In this document: positions 11,451 to 24,876 of the stretch, in pieces
How positions within the stretch are numbered: position 1 is the first letter of the stretch
How the letters are laid out: each line of letters opens with the position of its first letter
DNA from: Monocercomonoides exilis PA203
Lineage: Eukaryota; Protista; Preaxostyla
NCBI GenBank assembly: GCA_001643675.2
Contig: LSRY02000024.1
Coordinates: 372,001-436,000 of the forward strand
Direction: 5' to 3'
DNA length: 64,000 nucleotides
The notes under the pieces: generated by a model
Seen by the model: the letters and a program-made list of their open reading frames with translations, nothing else
Told to the model about the DNA's origin: nothing
The model's database searches: none
Translations under genes and position numbers: made by a program

Positions 11451-12734
11451 ATTTCAAAAAATCACTATTTCTCCAACAATTTAATTCTTTTAATAAAATT
11501 GTTTCCAAAATTAAATAATTAATTCTTTTTAATGATTCTAAATGTTTTCAAAATTCTAACAATACGGAATAATAATTATCGAAATAAATTAATTAATCAA
11601 TACTTGACATTTATGTAAATATTAATAATTTCAAAACTGTTTTATAAATTTTTTAATTAAAACTTTTCTTATAAAAATCTAGATATAATATTCACATTCC
11701 ACAATTTTTTTAACAAGTTTTTGTTTTTTATTATTTCAAAATTTCATATTGATTCAAATATATTGGAAATTTTTGAAATAATATTAACTGTATATTAATT
11801 TAATTTCAATTTTTCGATTTATTTATGATTATTATATTGAAAAAATTATATAAATATAAAGAACATAATTTTACTTTTCTCAAATTTAAATATAAGGAAA
11901 GAAACACAAAATTAATGTTAGTTCAAAGGTTTTATTGGTTCTTTTGTTATTGATTATAAAATTTTAAATTTAAATGAAACAAAAGGTATTTTACTTAATT
12001 TTAAGAAAGAAGTTTCCAGTTTTTGTTTTGTTTTTTCAAAATTTTTGTTAAACTTATTTGTATTTGGTAAATAAAGATAGTATTGTTGAATATTTAAGAA
12101 ACTAAGTTAAAGTTGAAAATTTGATGAGGAATATGAATGGGAAATGAGTTGATTTGAACTTAGGTGGAATAATAATTGAAAGAATGAAACAAAGAAGAAG
12201 AATTTTGAGAGAATTGTTTTTGAACTTTAGAAAAACTACTTTCTGTACGAAATGAAACTATTTTTTTTTATTTGGTTGATCTGGAATAGTTACACTATTT
12301 TTCACCTTTTGATTTTTTTGTTTTGATAATTTCTTATTAGTTTTTTATGAAATTGAGAAATTTGTTAGAAAAAAATTATGTAAAATTAAACGATTTTGAT
12401 TTTGAAATGATAATAGTTACTCCAAATATTCAAGAAAAACAAATGTTGAGTTCATTGAGGTGATACTTATGAAATCAGTCAATTATTAATTTTAGCTATT
12501 TTCCTTCGATAAAAATTCTTTAATGAAAACAAGTGTGCAAATTTTTGAAATCACATATTTTTTCGAAATGCTGAATTTTTAATTTTCTTTTGAATATGGA
12601 TTAAGAATTATCATTTGCACATATTTTAATTTGCACTTGTGATAAAGTATAATTTTTGAAATGCATTCATGAAATTTTTTTTGTGGACAGTTAGATAACT
12701 TTTCGATGTTAACTTACAAAAACGCAAAACAAGT

Positions 12735-13001
12735 GGTACAAAGTATTTGACTTGAGGCATTTTCATTGAAAAATTATACATCTTAGTGATCTATTTGTGT
12801 TCAAAAAATATGAAAAAAATGGGTTTATTTTTTGAAATACATGTGATGTCACAAAACATTTTTTTATTTCATCAATGATATTTGCTTGCAAATATGAAAA
12901 TCAAATTTATTTTGAAAACTGGTTAAGTTTAAAAATGAAACAAGTTAAACAATTTTTCCATGCTTTGTGCACAAAAAGCTTGAAAGTCCGTATTTTCTCT
13001 C
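12735..13001 (-). mobile_element. MITE family A, AAGT TSD
   Basis: Reverse copy of 4845..5110. AAGT is directly repeated at 12731-34 and 13002-05. Confidence 0.8.
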
Positions 13002-13144
13002 AAGTGTTTTTATGGAAAAATTTGACAGAGAAAATTTGATAATTTCATATGATCACCCATATCACAATCATTATGTTTAACTTTTTTCATAATTTATATG
13101 ACAACTTATAACAAATTCGATAATATTATTCCAAATTAAGAAAT

Positions 13145-13370
13145 GTTTTTTCTTGAAAAGTTTTTTTGATCGAGTTTCAAAATAAATATAAATTGCAAAT
13201 GTTCAGCTCATTTCGATACGCACTCACCAAATTTCACAAACATGGAGATAATTACAATTTCAAACATTTGTTTCCACACTAATGAAATTTGGTGAGTTGA
13301 AATGAATATTTGTTTTATTGTCAAGTGAAAAAGAAAATTTAATATTTTAATCAAAAAGAATTATCTATCT
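13145..13370. mobile_element. Degenerate foldback MITE related to 286..539
   Basis: Inverted core ctcaccaaatttca / tgaaatttggtgag. Ends are eroded. Confidence 0.5.
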
Positions 13371-13539
13371 ATAGATGCTTAATATAAAAACAGAAAATCA
13401 TGCCATTTTGTTTCAATGATCAAAAATTTTAATTAGCTTTATAATTTTGAAAAAAAAATTTATTTGAAACACTAATATCAGAATGAAAACGACAGACATA
13501 ATATTCCAAATTTTCACAAAATTTGTTAACGATTCAAAG

Positions 13540-14400
13540 TGAAATGATGAGAAAGCATTAGAGATATTTTTATCATTTGGAATTTTGAAAGAAAAGGAAA
13601 GATGCAGAGTGTGCAAAAGTGAAATGATTATGAAACAATGAAGAAAAGTGAAAAAAATTATAACTCCAAAAGATGAACGAAATACGGATTGGAAGAATTT
13701 TGGACGTATAAAACAATTTTTTGTGAAAGAAAATTATCACAATTCATCAAAATGTGTTAATTGTATCATTTTTGGAGCAAACACTCTCCTGATGAAACGG
13801 TTGAAGAAACAATGAAATCAAAACAAACTGTCATATGTTTCAATGAACAAATGAGAAGAATACGTGCTTTTATTGAAATGAATAAAAAAGGAAAAATTGG
13901 AAATGATAAAATAGTCGAAATGGATGAAACGCTTATTTCCAAAAGGAAAAATGGAAAAGGAAGAATGACAAAAGAGCAATGGATGTGGGGTGCGATAGAA
14001 CGGAAAAATGAAACAAATGAAAGAAAAATGAAAATTGAATTTCTACCAGACAGAATAGAAGAAACAATATTGAAATTCATTTAAAACGATATTGTGATAT
14101 CAGCCACACTCTTCTCTGACATGTGGTCAGCCTTCAACAATATTTAAAAAAGAAGGATGAAAACAAGAAAGTGTTAATCACAAAGAAAATATTGAAAAGC
14201 CAGAAAACAAATCTGTTCACACTCATGCAATTGTATCCATGTTGTCTCACATTAAATAGTGGATTCCAAAAAGAGGAAGGTCATTCATGAAATAAAAGAA
14301 ATGCATTTACGAACTCATCTGCAGATTTATCAATGGATTGAAACTTAAACAATTATCACACGACGTTTCTAAAATTAGCGTTGAAGAATTGAAAGACTTC
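13540..14400 (+). pseudogene. Merlin (ISXO2-like) transposase remnant
   Basis: RCRVCKSEM zinc ribbon; KIVEMDETLISKRKNGKGR; QWMWGAIER; FLPDR; SDMWSA; VNH. Contains multiple stops. Confidence 0.85.
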
Positions 14401-15570
14401 CTCATAACATTTGAAGACTGTGAAAAAGAAATAAATGAAGCGTTATAAAAAGAACAACAAAAGATGAACGAAACATAAGAAAAGAAAAAATGAAATGAAT
14501 TAGAGCCACAAGAAGAATTTTCATTATTTAATGAAGATGATTTGGATGCGTTGCAGAAGAAAAAAAAAGAAACAGAACAAAAAATATTCAGCAAAGAGAT
14601 TCAACAACAAACGTAAATGAAATAGAAAATGAAATATCAAATGAAGTTGTTGAAAACGTTGAAGAAGGTTGTGAAAAAGGTTGTGAAGAAGGTGGTGAAG
14701 AAGGTGCTGATAAAGATAGAGTATTTGACTACGAACAAAAAAATGAAAAAATAATATCTGATATTTATTGTTTATTTGAAAAAAGGAAAAAAGGAAAGCA
14801 TGAAACTTCAACATCCAAACAACAAATCGAAGTTCCAATGAAAGAAAGTGAAACAATTTATGAAAACACAAAATTCTAACTTCATGCAGATTAGAAAAAT
14901 ATTCAACAAAAAATGTGAAAGCAGACTGAAGAAACTGGAAGATCAGTTTCACACAAAGTTTTTCAAAAGCAAATAAAAAGCAAAAACAGCTGGTTCTATC
15001 ACAAAACCGATCTTGTTGCAGCTCGCTAAAATCAAGTACATCTTGTTATTTCTGATTGAAATGTTTGTTAATTCACACATAACGATTTTCAATTAACTAT
15101 TTTTATTCCAAACAAAAAGGAAATTTTTTTTTGAAGTAGTTTTAATTTATTTTTAATTTTTAATTTTTTTTGTAACAGACAAATGTTTTAATAACTTGTC
15201 ATTCCTCAGAGGGATAAATGGTTCTGTGATTGTTGCATTTGAAATAGAAATCTTATCAATTATCTTTTTCCCAATTGGATTGAAGTTAAATGTGAATAAT
15301 GAGGATTATTTTTCTTAATTTGATTAATTAATAAAAAAATATTTGAAACGATTAATCCTGGTTTCATTCAATTGCTATAAAAGAACAAGCTTCAACCAAA
15401 CAGAAATTTATTTGTTGATTATGTTTAATGAATTTTAATTCAGAATTTTCTAAAATATTGTGACAATGCTCAGAAAAAACGAAAAGAAAAAATCAAATTG
15501 TAGAGATTTGAAAAATGTTCAATATCCATCAATACAAAATGATACGTGCGCTCCATTAATTTTCCATGAA

Positions 15571-15826
15571 GGGGTGCATTTTAGTAATCATAACTTTTTT
15601 TCGGTGTGTTGCTTTTTCAAAGGTTGTTTGTCATTGAATAGAGATTACAAATTTTAATGAAAAATTTCATCAAAACCATTTCAGAAACGCAGATTAAAGC
15701 AGAAATAATGATGAGGATATCTTAAAATTGTATTTTCACTTTTTTGTGAACTTTTGTTAATATGAAAGTGATTATTTCGAACTGAAATTTTTGAATGGAA
15801 AAATATGAAAGCAAATATATTATCCC
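15571..15826 (-). mobile_element. MITE, inverted relative of 16335..16591
   Basis: GGGG...CCC ends. Shares tcataactttttttcggtgtgttgctttttcaaaggttgtttgtcattg (inverted) with ~16527-16575. Confidence 0.65.
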
Positions 15827-15845
15827 ATGTGTTGAATGTATATAT

Positions 15846-16096
15846 GGGTCATTCTTTTTGAAAAGTCGCAAATGAAAAATTTTCAGGTTCAATAAAAATG
15901 ATCCTTATTTGATTATTTTTTGTGATTAATAAATCAGATTTCTCCAACATGCACTTTTTCTCTCATCAAATAGGTTTGTGATTTCTAATTGAATATGTTA
16001 CAAAGTTTTCTGCATTTAATGTATAAAATGATCAAATAATTAACAATTTTTTAAACCCAAATATAAACATTTGCGACTTTTCAAAAAGAGCGACCC
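15846..16096. mobile_element. MITE, ~28-bp TIR, ATAT TSD
   Basis: atat|GGGTCATTCTTTTTGAAAAGTCGCAAATG ... CATTTGCGACTTTTCAAAAAGAGCGACCC|atat. The TIR is shared with 34393..34632. Confidence 0.9.
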
Positions 16097-16334
16097 ATAT
16101 AATAAAAAATAAAATAAAAATAAAATAAAATTTTTTGACTATTAAAGATTCTGCTGATCATTCTATTTGCGAAAATTTGCAAGCACAGAAAATAAACTAT
16201 TTTTCATTTTGCTATGAAATGAATCAACATTTTTTTCTTTTATCCAATTAAAGGAAAAGGGAAAGAGGCGGATATGTTTGGGAGAATTTTTCTAATAAAT
16301 TAGCGAATTACTGCGTGGAAATGTTGAAGCATAT

Positions 16335-16591
16335 GGGTGATTATTTTTGAAATCATATTATCTCATTCAAAAATTTCAACAAGAAAATTTCACTTGAATA
16401 TTCACAAAGAAATAGTGAAATATTCAAAGGCTTCTGATAGATATTATCTTTTTTATTTCAGCTTTAACATTTGTTTTTGTATTGGTTTTAATGAAGATTT
16501 ATCATTAAAATACAAAATCAACACACAATGACAAATAACCTTTGAAAAACCAACACCCCAAAAAAAGTTATGATTTCAAAAATTATCATCC
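16335..16591. mobile_element. MITE, ATAT TSD
   Basis: atat|GGGTGATTATTTTTGAAATCATA ... TATGATTTCAAAAATTATCATCC|atat. Confidence 0.85.
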
Positions 16592-18674
16592 ATATGTTTT
16601 TCCATTCAAACAAGTGCAAAAAAATATTTTTTTCAGGTTCAAAAAATATTTAACGGAAAATATTTTTTTTTCGTATTTGTATTTATATTAATCGAACTCT
16701 TTTAAACTTTTGATGGCAGAAGAGCAAAATCTGTATTTAATATTGAAATTGGCTTCAGCAAACAACAGTGAGGACAATCTTCATACAAAAGTTTCGTTAT
16801 TAAAATGTATATGTCATGAATCCAGCCTTTAGTAATTGATAGATTTGAGCTTTTCTTGCATTCAAAAAAGTTTTTATCACGTTAAAGATAATTGCTCGTA
16901 TTCATCGTTTGATTTTCAAACTTCAAAAATGTCACCTCTTCCCCCCTCAAAAATAAGAATGTTTCAATTCTTTGTTGAAAAAAATGAGAAACTGCTCATC
17001 TTGATATTATTCTTTACAATAATTTCCGTTTTTATGGAGATAAATATAAAATATGAAAATATTTTCACTGATTTCATTAATGAAAACTCAATCGAATCAT
17101 TAAAATATATTTGAAAAATAATCACAGCAGAATAATAGTTTGAAATACAATAAGGTTGTCTAATTAAAAGATTTGAGGAATATTCTCTTTCACAATTTTC
17201 AATGGATATAAATGATGATTTCAGAATCATTAACTGTAACAACGAAATGGAAGAAGATATTCACGATCTTTATCATTATTTCCAACAACCATTCATTCAA
17301 AACATAAATTCGTTTTCCCTTAAAAAGGGAACTCTCAAGAAAGTGAAAAAATTGGTAAGAAAGAGTTTGACGAAGATATTCCGCTTTTCGATACTGCATA
17401 TTAAATGAATGAGGGATGTTTTTTTTTTGTTGAAATTGAATTGAGAATATTCAGAATTGCAATTGCATTACATCCACGAAAAAAATTCACAGAAAGAGAT
17501 AGACACAGACATTCAATGCACAAAAGGAAACATGGAAATTTCAATTGATAATTGTCAAGGCATAATGATTGCAAATTGTTCAAATGATCAAAAAAATACG
17601 CAGATGCGGCAACCCCATTGCCATGCGCACAATTTGATTCCACAATTTTTACGACCTTTCCATTCATTAGGAGCACTTGCAACTAGTATCAATTTTGCAA
17701 GTGTTTCGTTCCAAATATTTGCACTCATTTCAATTTTGCTCTCGAAAAGGGAGGATTTCATTCTATTCACATCGTTTGCTGGCTGTTGTTCAGCCTTTTT
17801 TTTTTAAGTTAACATCGACAGTTTCAATGTCATACAATCTCGGTTCTTGCCTTTTGTGAAATGTTGGGAAAAAAGGCATGGATTTTGAAATGGTGAACAA
17901 TAAGAATGAAATGAAACATTTTTTTAATTTACACAGAGATCTCATATCAATAATACCAGCATTAGCAAATCAAATGATTACGAATCAATCATTTCAATCA
18001 AAAATGTTATGAATGTGGAAGAGGAGAGTTTGAAGTTAGTGAATTTTCGCGTTCAATTCTATTTGAAGGAAAAGATATCATTTCAGAGTTCGATGAATCA
18101 TGTTGTGTTTGAAAAACAAATACAATTTACAGAGAAGTTTTCTGCTTCAAATACATAAAAAAAAACTTATCAATTATCATCAATGAAAGACAATCAGTTT
18201 CCTCGCATTTTGGCAATCACTCTTGAATCAAATAAACGTGATCAAAAGAAAATAATCAACATTCCATAACATATTTTGTTTTCAAACATGGCAAGAACAA
18301 TTAATGCTTTTCCTTGTCATTCAGAAAATTTAGACAATTAAGGATAGATTGCAGTCCTGTTTTATCGATATTCGAAAGATTGTGGATATTTTTATGCAAT
18401 GTGCAGAAATCAAGGTCAATCGTCTTCAAATTTATCAAATGGCTGCAAATGTGTTCTGTGTCATGATAGTGAAATATCTTCAAAATTTTTGAAATAACTT
18501 CTGGAACAAAAAATCTCATTTCAAAGGGTTCCATTCCATTTTTAATTGTTCATGCTTAGCATAGCGAAGAGATCGTCCCTGTTTCATATTACACTTCACC
18601 AAATTTATTCAAAGTGCAATTCACACATCAAAAATGTTCATTTTCTGAAACCATTTCACCGATAAATCAGTATA

Positions 18675-19079
18675 CAGTTAGTTTTAATAATGCTGGACAC
18701 TTTCAATAACTGTGGACAGTGGCTTTATCTCAACAACCGTTGACAGTAGCTTTTTGACAATTAACCCAATTATTCCCTCGATGAATATGAACTTATAAAA
18801 CATACAGAAATGAAACAACTTTCTCTGCAGAATTTTGAAAAAAACATTTTAAATTTTCGGAGAAACCCAAAGAAATAAAATTCTCTGAGTTTCTCCGTAA
18901 AAGAAAAATATTTTTGAATTACTTCTTTGTGTTGGATGAGTGAAAAAAACAATTCATATAAGTTCATAGTCATTGAGGGAATATTTGGGTTAATTGTCAA
19001 AAAACAACTATCAATGGTTGTTGAGATAATGCGACTGTCCACAGTTATTGAAAGTGTCCACCATTGTGAACACTAACTA
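18675..19079. mobile_element. Foldback MITE (TA|CAG..., Tc1/mariner type), diverged relative of 6451..6848
   Basis: Long imperfect TIR (ggacactttcaataactgtggacag / ctgtccacagttattgaaagtgtcc). The central cggagaaa...tttctccg matches the 6.6-kb palindrome. TA flanks. Confidence 0.8.
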
Positions 19080-19082
19080 TAT

Positions 19083-19346
19083 GGGGTAAAAGATGGACTT
19101 TCAAGCTTTTTATGCACAAAGCATGAAAAAATTGTTTCGCTCATAACTTAGGCATTCTCAGGTTTTAAAATAAATTTGATTTTCATTTCCTTCAACAGGC
19201 ATCGTTGAAATCATAACATAAAGTTTTCCAACATTTCACGAATGCAAAAAAATGGATCCATTTTTATTGTGTTTCTTGTTATCAAAAAGTCAAAGAAAAG
19301 TTCATAATTTTTCAATGAAAATATATGATGTCAAATATTTTGTCCC
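19083..19346 (+). mobile_element. MITE family A
   Basis: atat|GGGGTAAAAGATGGACTTTCAAG ... TATTTTGTCCC|aaat. Homologous to 4845..5110. Confidence 0.85.
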
Positions 19347-20652
19347 AAATAACAAATGTGAATACAATTTGTGCAAATAATACTGTTCTATTTGAGGATT
19401 CTTCTGAAGCACTTTATCGAAATACGACTAATCCACATCCTTCCATTTCACCTTCAATAACATATGATGGAATTACTCATGTTCATTCTTCAATAGAAAA
19501 TAATTTCAAAATTATATACATCGTTTTCTTCCACAAAAAATTCATTAACGAATAAAATTTCATCAAGAATAGAAACTTAAACTCTTCAAATCACTATCAA
19601 AACCACTTCAAATTACAATGATCAGATGAACTCAATTGGAAGTCGGACAAATCACACCCTGATAAAGGATCATATCACAAACAAGGCAGTAACACCAGCA
19701 ACAGCGAATTTGAAACAATTTTAAGGCAGATTTTACTTCTTTAACACAATTGAGCAAAGAAATAAACAAACTATTTGTTTGTTCCACTCAACAATCAGAT
19801 GAAAAAGACAAAAGAAGTTGTGATGTCCACAAGACAGCCATATCAATTATTTATTCGTAAATAATATGGTGAAAAAAACGTACTTCACTACGAGAAAAAA
19901 ACAAGTCCGCATTATCAATACAACAAAAGCGCATTTGTATGAAATGCTAATTGAAACCACAAATGTGAAAATGTCGAAAAGTGATTTCTCCAAAAAACCA
20001 AAGCATCTCAAGCAAACAAAACGGTGAACAGACGATTGAGACTTTTGATCGAAGTTTTATCGAATGAAGAAAAGAGAGTATTATTTGAAATAGCAATCGC
20101 TCACTTTGGATTATCAGGAGCAACAAACGATGAGGTTTGTTGAAAAGTGTCAGATAATTGCATCATATCAACCCACGCATTTCCATCAAATCAAAAAGAA
20201 TCTTTTATCCACCGAGGCACTCGTTTTATTTGTTTTCAAAGAAAACTGGTCATTGCTAATTTGCAATAATCAGATTAGCGAAGACTATTGTGGAAAACAG
20301 GAAATATCTCACTTTTGTGTGATTGCGTACGTCACAGATATAGATGGAAACAACGAGAAGCAAATAATTTATTTCTATTCGAACGTTCTTTCTCACTACT
20401 ATCGATTTGTTATTAACTTCTTAAAGCAAGTGCTGAATAACCCAGTCATTAAAAACAAACAAACATTCCATTTTGTGCGAGATTCGGTCCCACACTTTAG
20501 GAATGCTCAGGTTCTTCATTTTTTTCTTTCTGACAACTCCACCACCTTCAAAGGTGAATGAACAACTTTTTCATTATTTAGTAAAAAACTTTTGAAAAAT
20601 GAATGTGACAGGATTTGAGTGCATATTATATTTTGAAATTGTTCACATATCT

Positions 20653-20716
<64 letters not shown>

Positions 20717-20849
20717 GTGACAGACGAGGCTTCACGTATTTTGTCAGGTCACAGAAGTTTAAACCAAAGTTTAATAAAGATAGAATAAAGAATATTCGAA
20801 ATAAATGTTCATTTGTGATAAACAAGCAATGAAAAGCGATTTATTGCAT

Positions 20850-23800
20850 CTCACTTCAATTATATAAGCTTGTGTTGATGAATGAAATTGCGCACCTGGG
20901 AGGCAGTGTCTCATTATTAAGTCTGGAAAAATAATTCTGGATCATGCTTTTTTCAAACAAATACATTCACGTTTGGTATCACTCCAACAAAATAGCAATT
21001 GAGCTTGTGCAATTGCAATACATTATGTTGATGAACATTCAAAGTTACTATTAAAATGCATTGAAAAAGTTTCATTTCTGAAGAGAGCAAGTCATTGCTA
21101 AATAATAATCTGTGATTGTCACAAACATAAATATTAATGCTTTCAATTTTCTTTGCATTTAAAGTTTATCTTTCTTTAGGAATAATAAACTTTGATTCAT
21201 TCACATGCAAAGGAACAAGAGGCTCTGTGGTTCGAATAGGACTGCTTATCCAGTGATCAGAGTTACACAATGTTCACAATACAATAAATCTTTCATTTTT
21301 TCAACATTCAACGCTAACTAATATTTCAACTCCGAAGGCTGATATACCTCTAAATTTCTTTGATGATATCAATAGTCTGTTTTCGAAGAGGATAATGAGT
21401 TTGAGTGGAAGCTCGAAAAATGTCTGCAATTTTTGAATTAGAAAATAATTTGCATTTGTTGACAGTTTTATTGAAAAATTAAAAGTAGATTTACTGTGTT
21501 GTTTCAGCTTTGAAAAGGATGGTATTGAATATTGCATAAACATACTCAACAATGTCGCTGTCTTTCTTATTCTTCCCGTGATGTTCAACAAAGAAGTTGA
21601 GCTCGCAACGTTTGTTTTTGAAAAACTTTGTTTTGTTTGATAAAATGAAATGCAAAATGAACCGATTTCTATTATGCGACCAAGTATCGCAGAAAAATTC
21701 GAATGATGTTGCCTTACAGAAAAAAGATCTTTTCAATACAGATTCTATGCATATAATGACATAGCGAGAATCGTTGTTCATGCAATTTGAAAGAAAATTA
21801 AACGTTTTTTTGTACAGGTCTGAATGGTTCTTTTGAAGAGTAATAACCAAAAAATGAGAAATCTGCTTGTAATCATAAAATTCTTGCTGCTGTTGATTTC
21901 TTCGAATCGGAAGCTTCCACTTTTCTTAAAAATCAAACAGGAATATGACCTCATTGTCCGAAAGACTTTCCACCGTATTTCGATAATGCACTCTCTGCCA
22001 TCCAGCCATTTGTTTGTGATGTTTAAGCAAATTCAAAGTTCTTGACTACTCTGTGTTTTTAACATTTTCTTTCAGGCAACGCAGCTTTTTTCTTTTCAAA
22101 CTATTCTTATTTTTCAAATAGCTGACAAAGGTTTTTTTTGTCTTTTGGCTCTGAAATTGAGTTGTTAATCTGTAAAAATGTGGTATAAAAAATGTTGATT
22201 CTTGTTTTTTTTTTGTGAAGCTTTCCCACAATTTCGTTTTTGGAACAAATGTGAAGAGTTTTTCGTTCTGTGAGAATATTCGAAGTGGAATTCAACGTGA
22301 TAAAGAATAATAATTGAGAGGTTTCAAAATTGTTTGAAATGTGAAAGGATAAACATTTTTTGCTCTTTGAATTGCGCCTTTTTGTTCAACCGAAGATATT
22401 GATAGACTTTTCCATTTCATTTGTGTGTAATGTTTATCTGTTCGTCCCTTTTAAATGGAAATGTTGGAATAATCATTTTTTTCTTTCTAAAGGAATGCTT
22501 TCAAAGTAATATATCCATTTTTCGCAACGATTAGCCAAGAATTGAAAAAGATTTTATTTGAAATCTGATTCACAAAAGAATATTTGCAAATTATATATTT
22601 CTTTTGACCATTTGAATCGTTTCGAACAATTGCTATATAATGACCAGTGTTCGCTCCAATTTATTTTGTTCAACTTGTCTCACAAGAACATATTTCGTTA
22701 CAGCATCCTGATTAGAATTACACATCTTATCATCAATATAACTATTTTCATTATATATGTTGAGCTTTTTTTTTCCAAATTGTCTTTGAATATAACTGAT
22801 TCAAGAGAAACTGCAGTTGATGGATGAGTGTAAATGTGGGCTAATGCAAAAACTTTTGGAACAGAGTAAATCTGGACCAACGACATGATGGACATAAAGA
22901 ATTACAAACGGAACATTGGTACATATTGCTTTCTGATAAGTTCTCTCTTGTTAATTCTTTTTTCAATCCATTTATGACTGAGCCACTGTTAATGAAGAAT
23001 GTTGAAGATCTATTTTCTTGAACTTCACAGATATGGTTGCTTTTTGAACACTGAGTGAAACGAGATATTTTTGGTTCAAAATGGTTTTCATCACATAATC
23101 CATTGAGAATAAGTAAATTTTCGAATTTCTGATATGCGTCAACAACATTTTGCTGCTGACGATTGCCATAATTACAATGTTCATCCCATTTATCAATTGT
23201 ATCATGATTCCACTGATCAGGAATTGAGTCGTGATCATTTAGATTGTTACAAATTCTCTCCAACGATGATGATAAATTATCCCTTTTGTTTTCATAATAT
23301 TGAAGTGGATGAAACTGAATTGAAGATGCGACACATTGAAGAATTGAAGCTATGTAACAGGTGTTGTTTAAATTAGGAAGTCCAAAATGGTGGTGGTCGC
23401 TGTTGTTTCCATGGATTTGATTTTCACTTCTGATGATGAATTTATCAAATTCTGTATTTTTAAGCAATTCCATTGAGGATAATGAGTGATTGATGTTATC
23501 TTTTGACGAAATAATTGATTCGTTGAAGTCAGTTGTGAAAGATGAATAAGAATAAAAGAGTGTTTCACTGGTTTAAAAATCTTGATCGAATTTGTATTTA
23601 TAAAACAGAAATAGTTGATAGTTTTTATCTCAATTGTTGAAAACACTTGTTGTTTCTAATTCATAGTCAGTTTCTTGCAAATGGATGTTGTTTGATTCAT
23701 TTTAATTTTGTTCTTTCAATTCACTGTATATTGCCTCTCTGCTCAAATAAACGGGGTTTTTGGTTATGAAAGATTTTATTGAGAAGTTATATGAAGATAA

Positions 23801-24876
23801 ATCTTTTGGATAAAGCGGAGGAGATTGGAACATTTCCGAAATTGTAATCATATTTTCATCTTCATCACGTTGTGAATCGATTGCATATTATTTTATTCTG
23901 AGGCAACTGAAGCCGAAAGAATAAAAATATATGGTTCTTTCTCTGGTGATTGATTTATTTCGAGAGTTGTATTTCTTTCACGTTCAACAGTTGTATTTTT
24001 TTTTAACTTTTCATCACACCTCCTCCAGCCATCTGAAAATATGTTTTCATTTGAGCAACTACATAGATGATCTCTTTCTGATTTGTTGGAAACTTCAGCA
24101 AGATATGTGATTTCACATTTCTTGTTGATAAAAGAAATCACTTTTTCGTTCTGTAGTTGTTTCGGATTAAGATCGCTGCCTTCAGTATTAATAATCATGA
24201 GATTATTCCAAGCATTTTCATTTTAAATTCTTCTTCGTCAGTTGCTTTTTTCTTTTTCCTGCGAATTGATACTATTGAAGATAATTCTGAAGAATAATTT
24301 ACCATCCAATTATTCCCTTTCTTCCATTCTGTTTCACTTTATCCTTCGACCGATAAGAAAAATGAGTTTATCATCATTGATAGTCAGTTGTTGCATGTTA
24401 GAACCTTTTCTTTTTAGAGGAATAACTGATTCGAGAAGCTTTTCAACTTTGTTGAGGTTTTTTTTCAAAGTATGTTTGGCGTGATTTATTTTCCCTTGAG
24501 ATACATCAAATCCGCAATTTTCTAATCTATACAATGAGAAGCATATGAATAAAGCCTCCAAAAAGCATTGTTTGAGTATGCTTCTGTGCGGAATTGTCGA
24601 TGATGTTTAAGTCTTCATTTTTTTATGAAACAGTTCTGTGAAATCAACATTATAGTTATTATTCCTGTATAATATCTGTCAAATAAATCTATGTAAAGTG
24701 TTTATTTTTCAAACCGTTCAGCTCTCTCCTTATTCTTTTAGTTGTCTCTTCTGCATCATTGAGCTTTGTGAAAACGAAGATAAGGAGTTCTTCAACATTG
24801 TTTGACAAATTCTTTATATTTCTTTACAAAGAGCTTTTGCCCCACTTGAAAATGTGCATTCAGGAAGATTGTCCAT
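20850..24876 (-). pseudogene. Sola(2)-like transposase with upstream USP/peptidase C19 domain, copy 2 (frameshifted)
   Basis: USP: Cys box GLPNLNNTCYIASILQC (ORF 22841..23473), zinc-finger C..C, VPKVFAL, His box GANTGHYIAIVRN (22622-22657). Transposase: KKNLCQL, LFDF*EKW (21917-21940), FFCDTWSHNRN, LNFFVEHHGKN. Candidate ATG (MDNLPEC) at ~24876. The 3' limit is approximate. Confidence 0.8.

Larger units (their letters stand above)
16713..20640 (+). pseudogene. Sola(2)-like transposase with upstream USP/peptidase C19 domain, copy 1 (decayed, two MITE insertions)
   Basis: USP-like: Cys-box-like LG.TC (~17667, needs a frameshift), FPRILAITL (18198) and His box IAVLFY...GYFYAMCRN...KCVLCHDSEIS (18348-18479). 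Transposase-like: KR*TDD*DF*, FVFKENW, YSNVLSH, RDSVPHFRN, KNECDRI. The 5' limit is uncertain. Confidence 0.7.
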
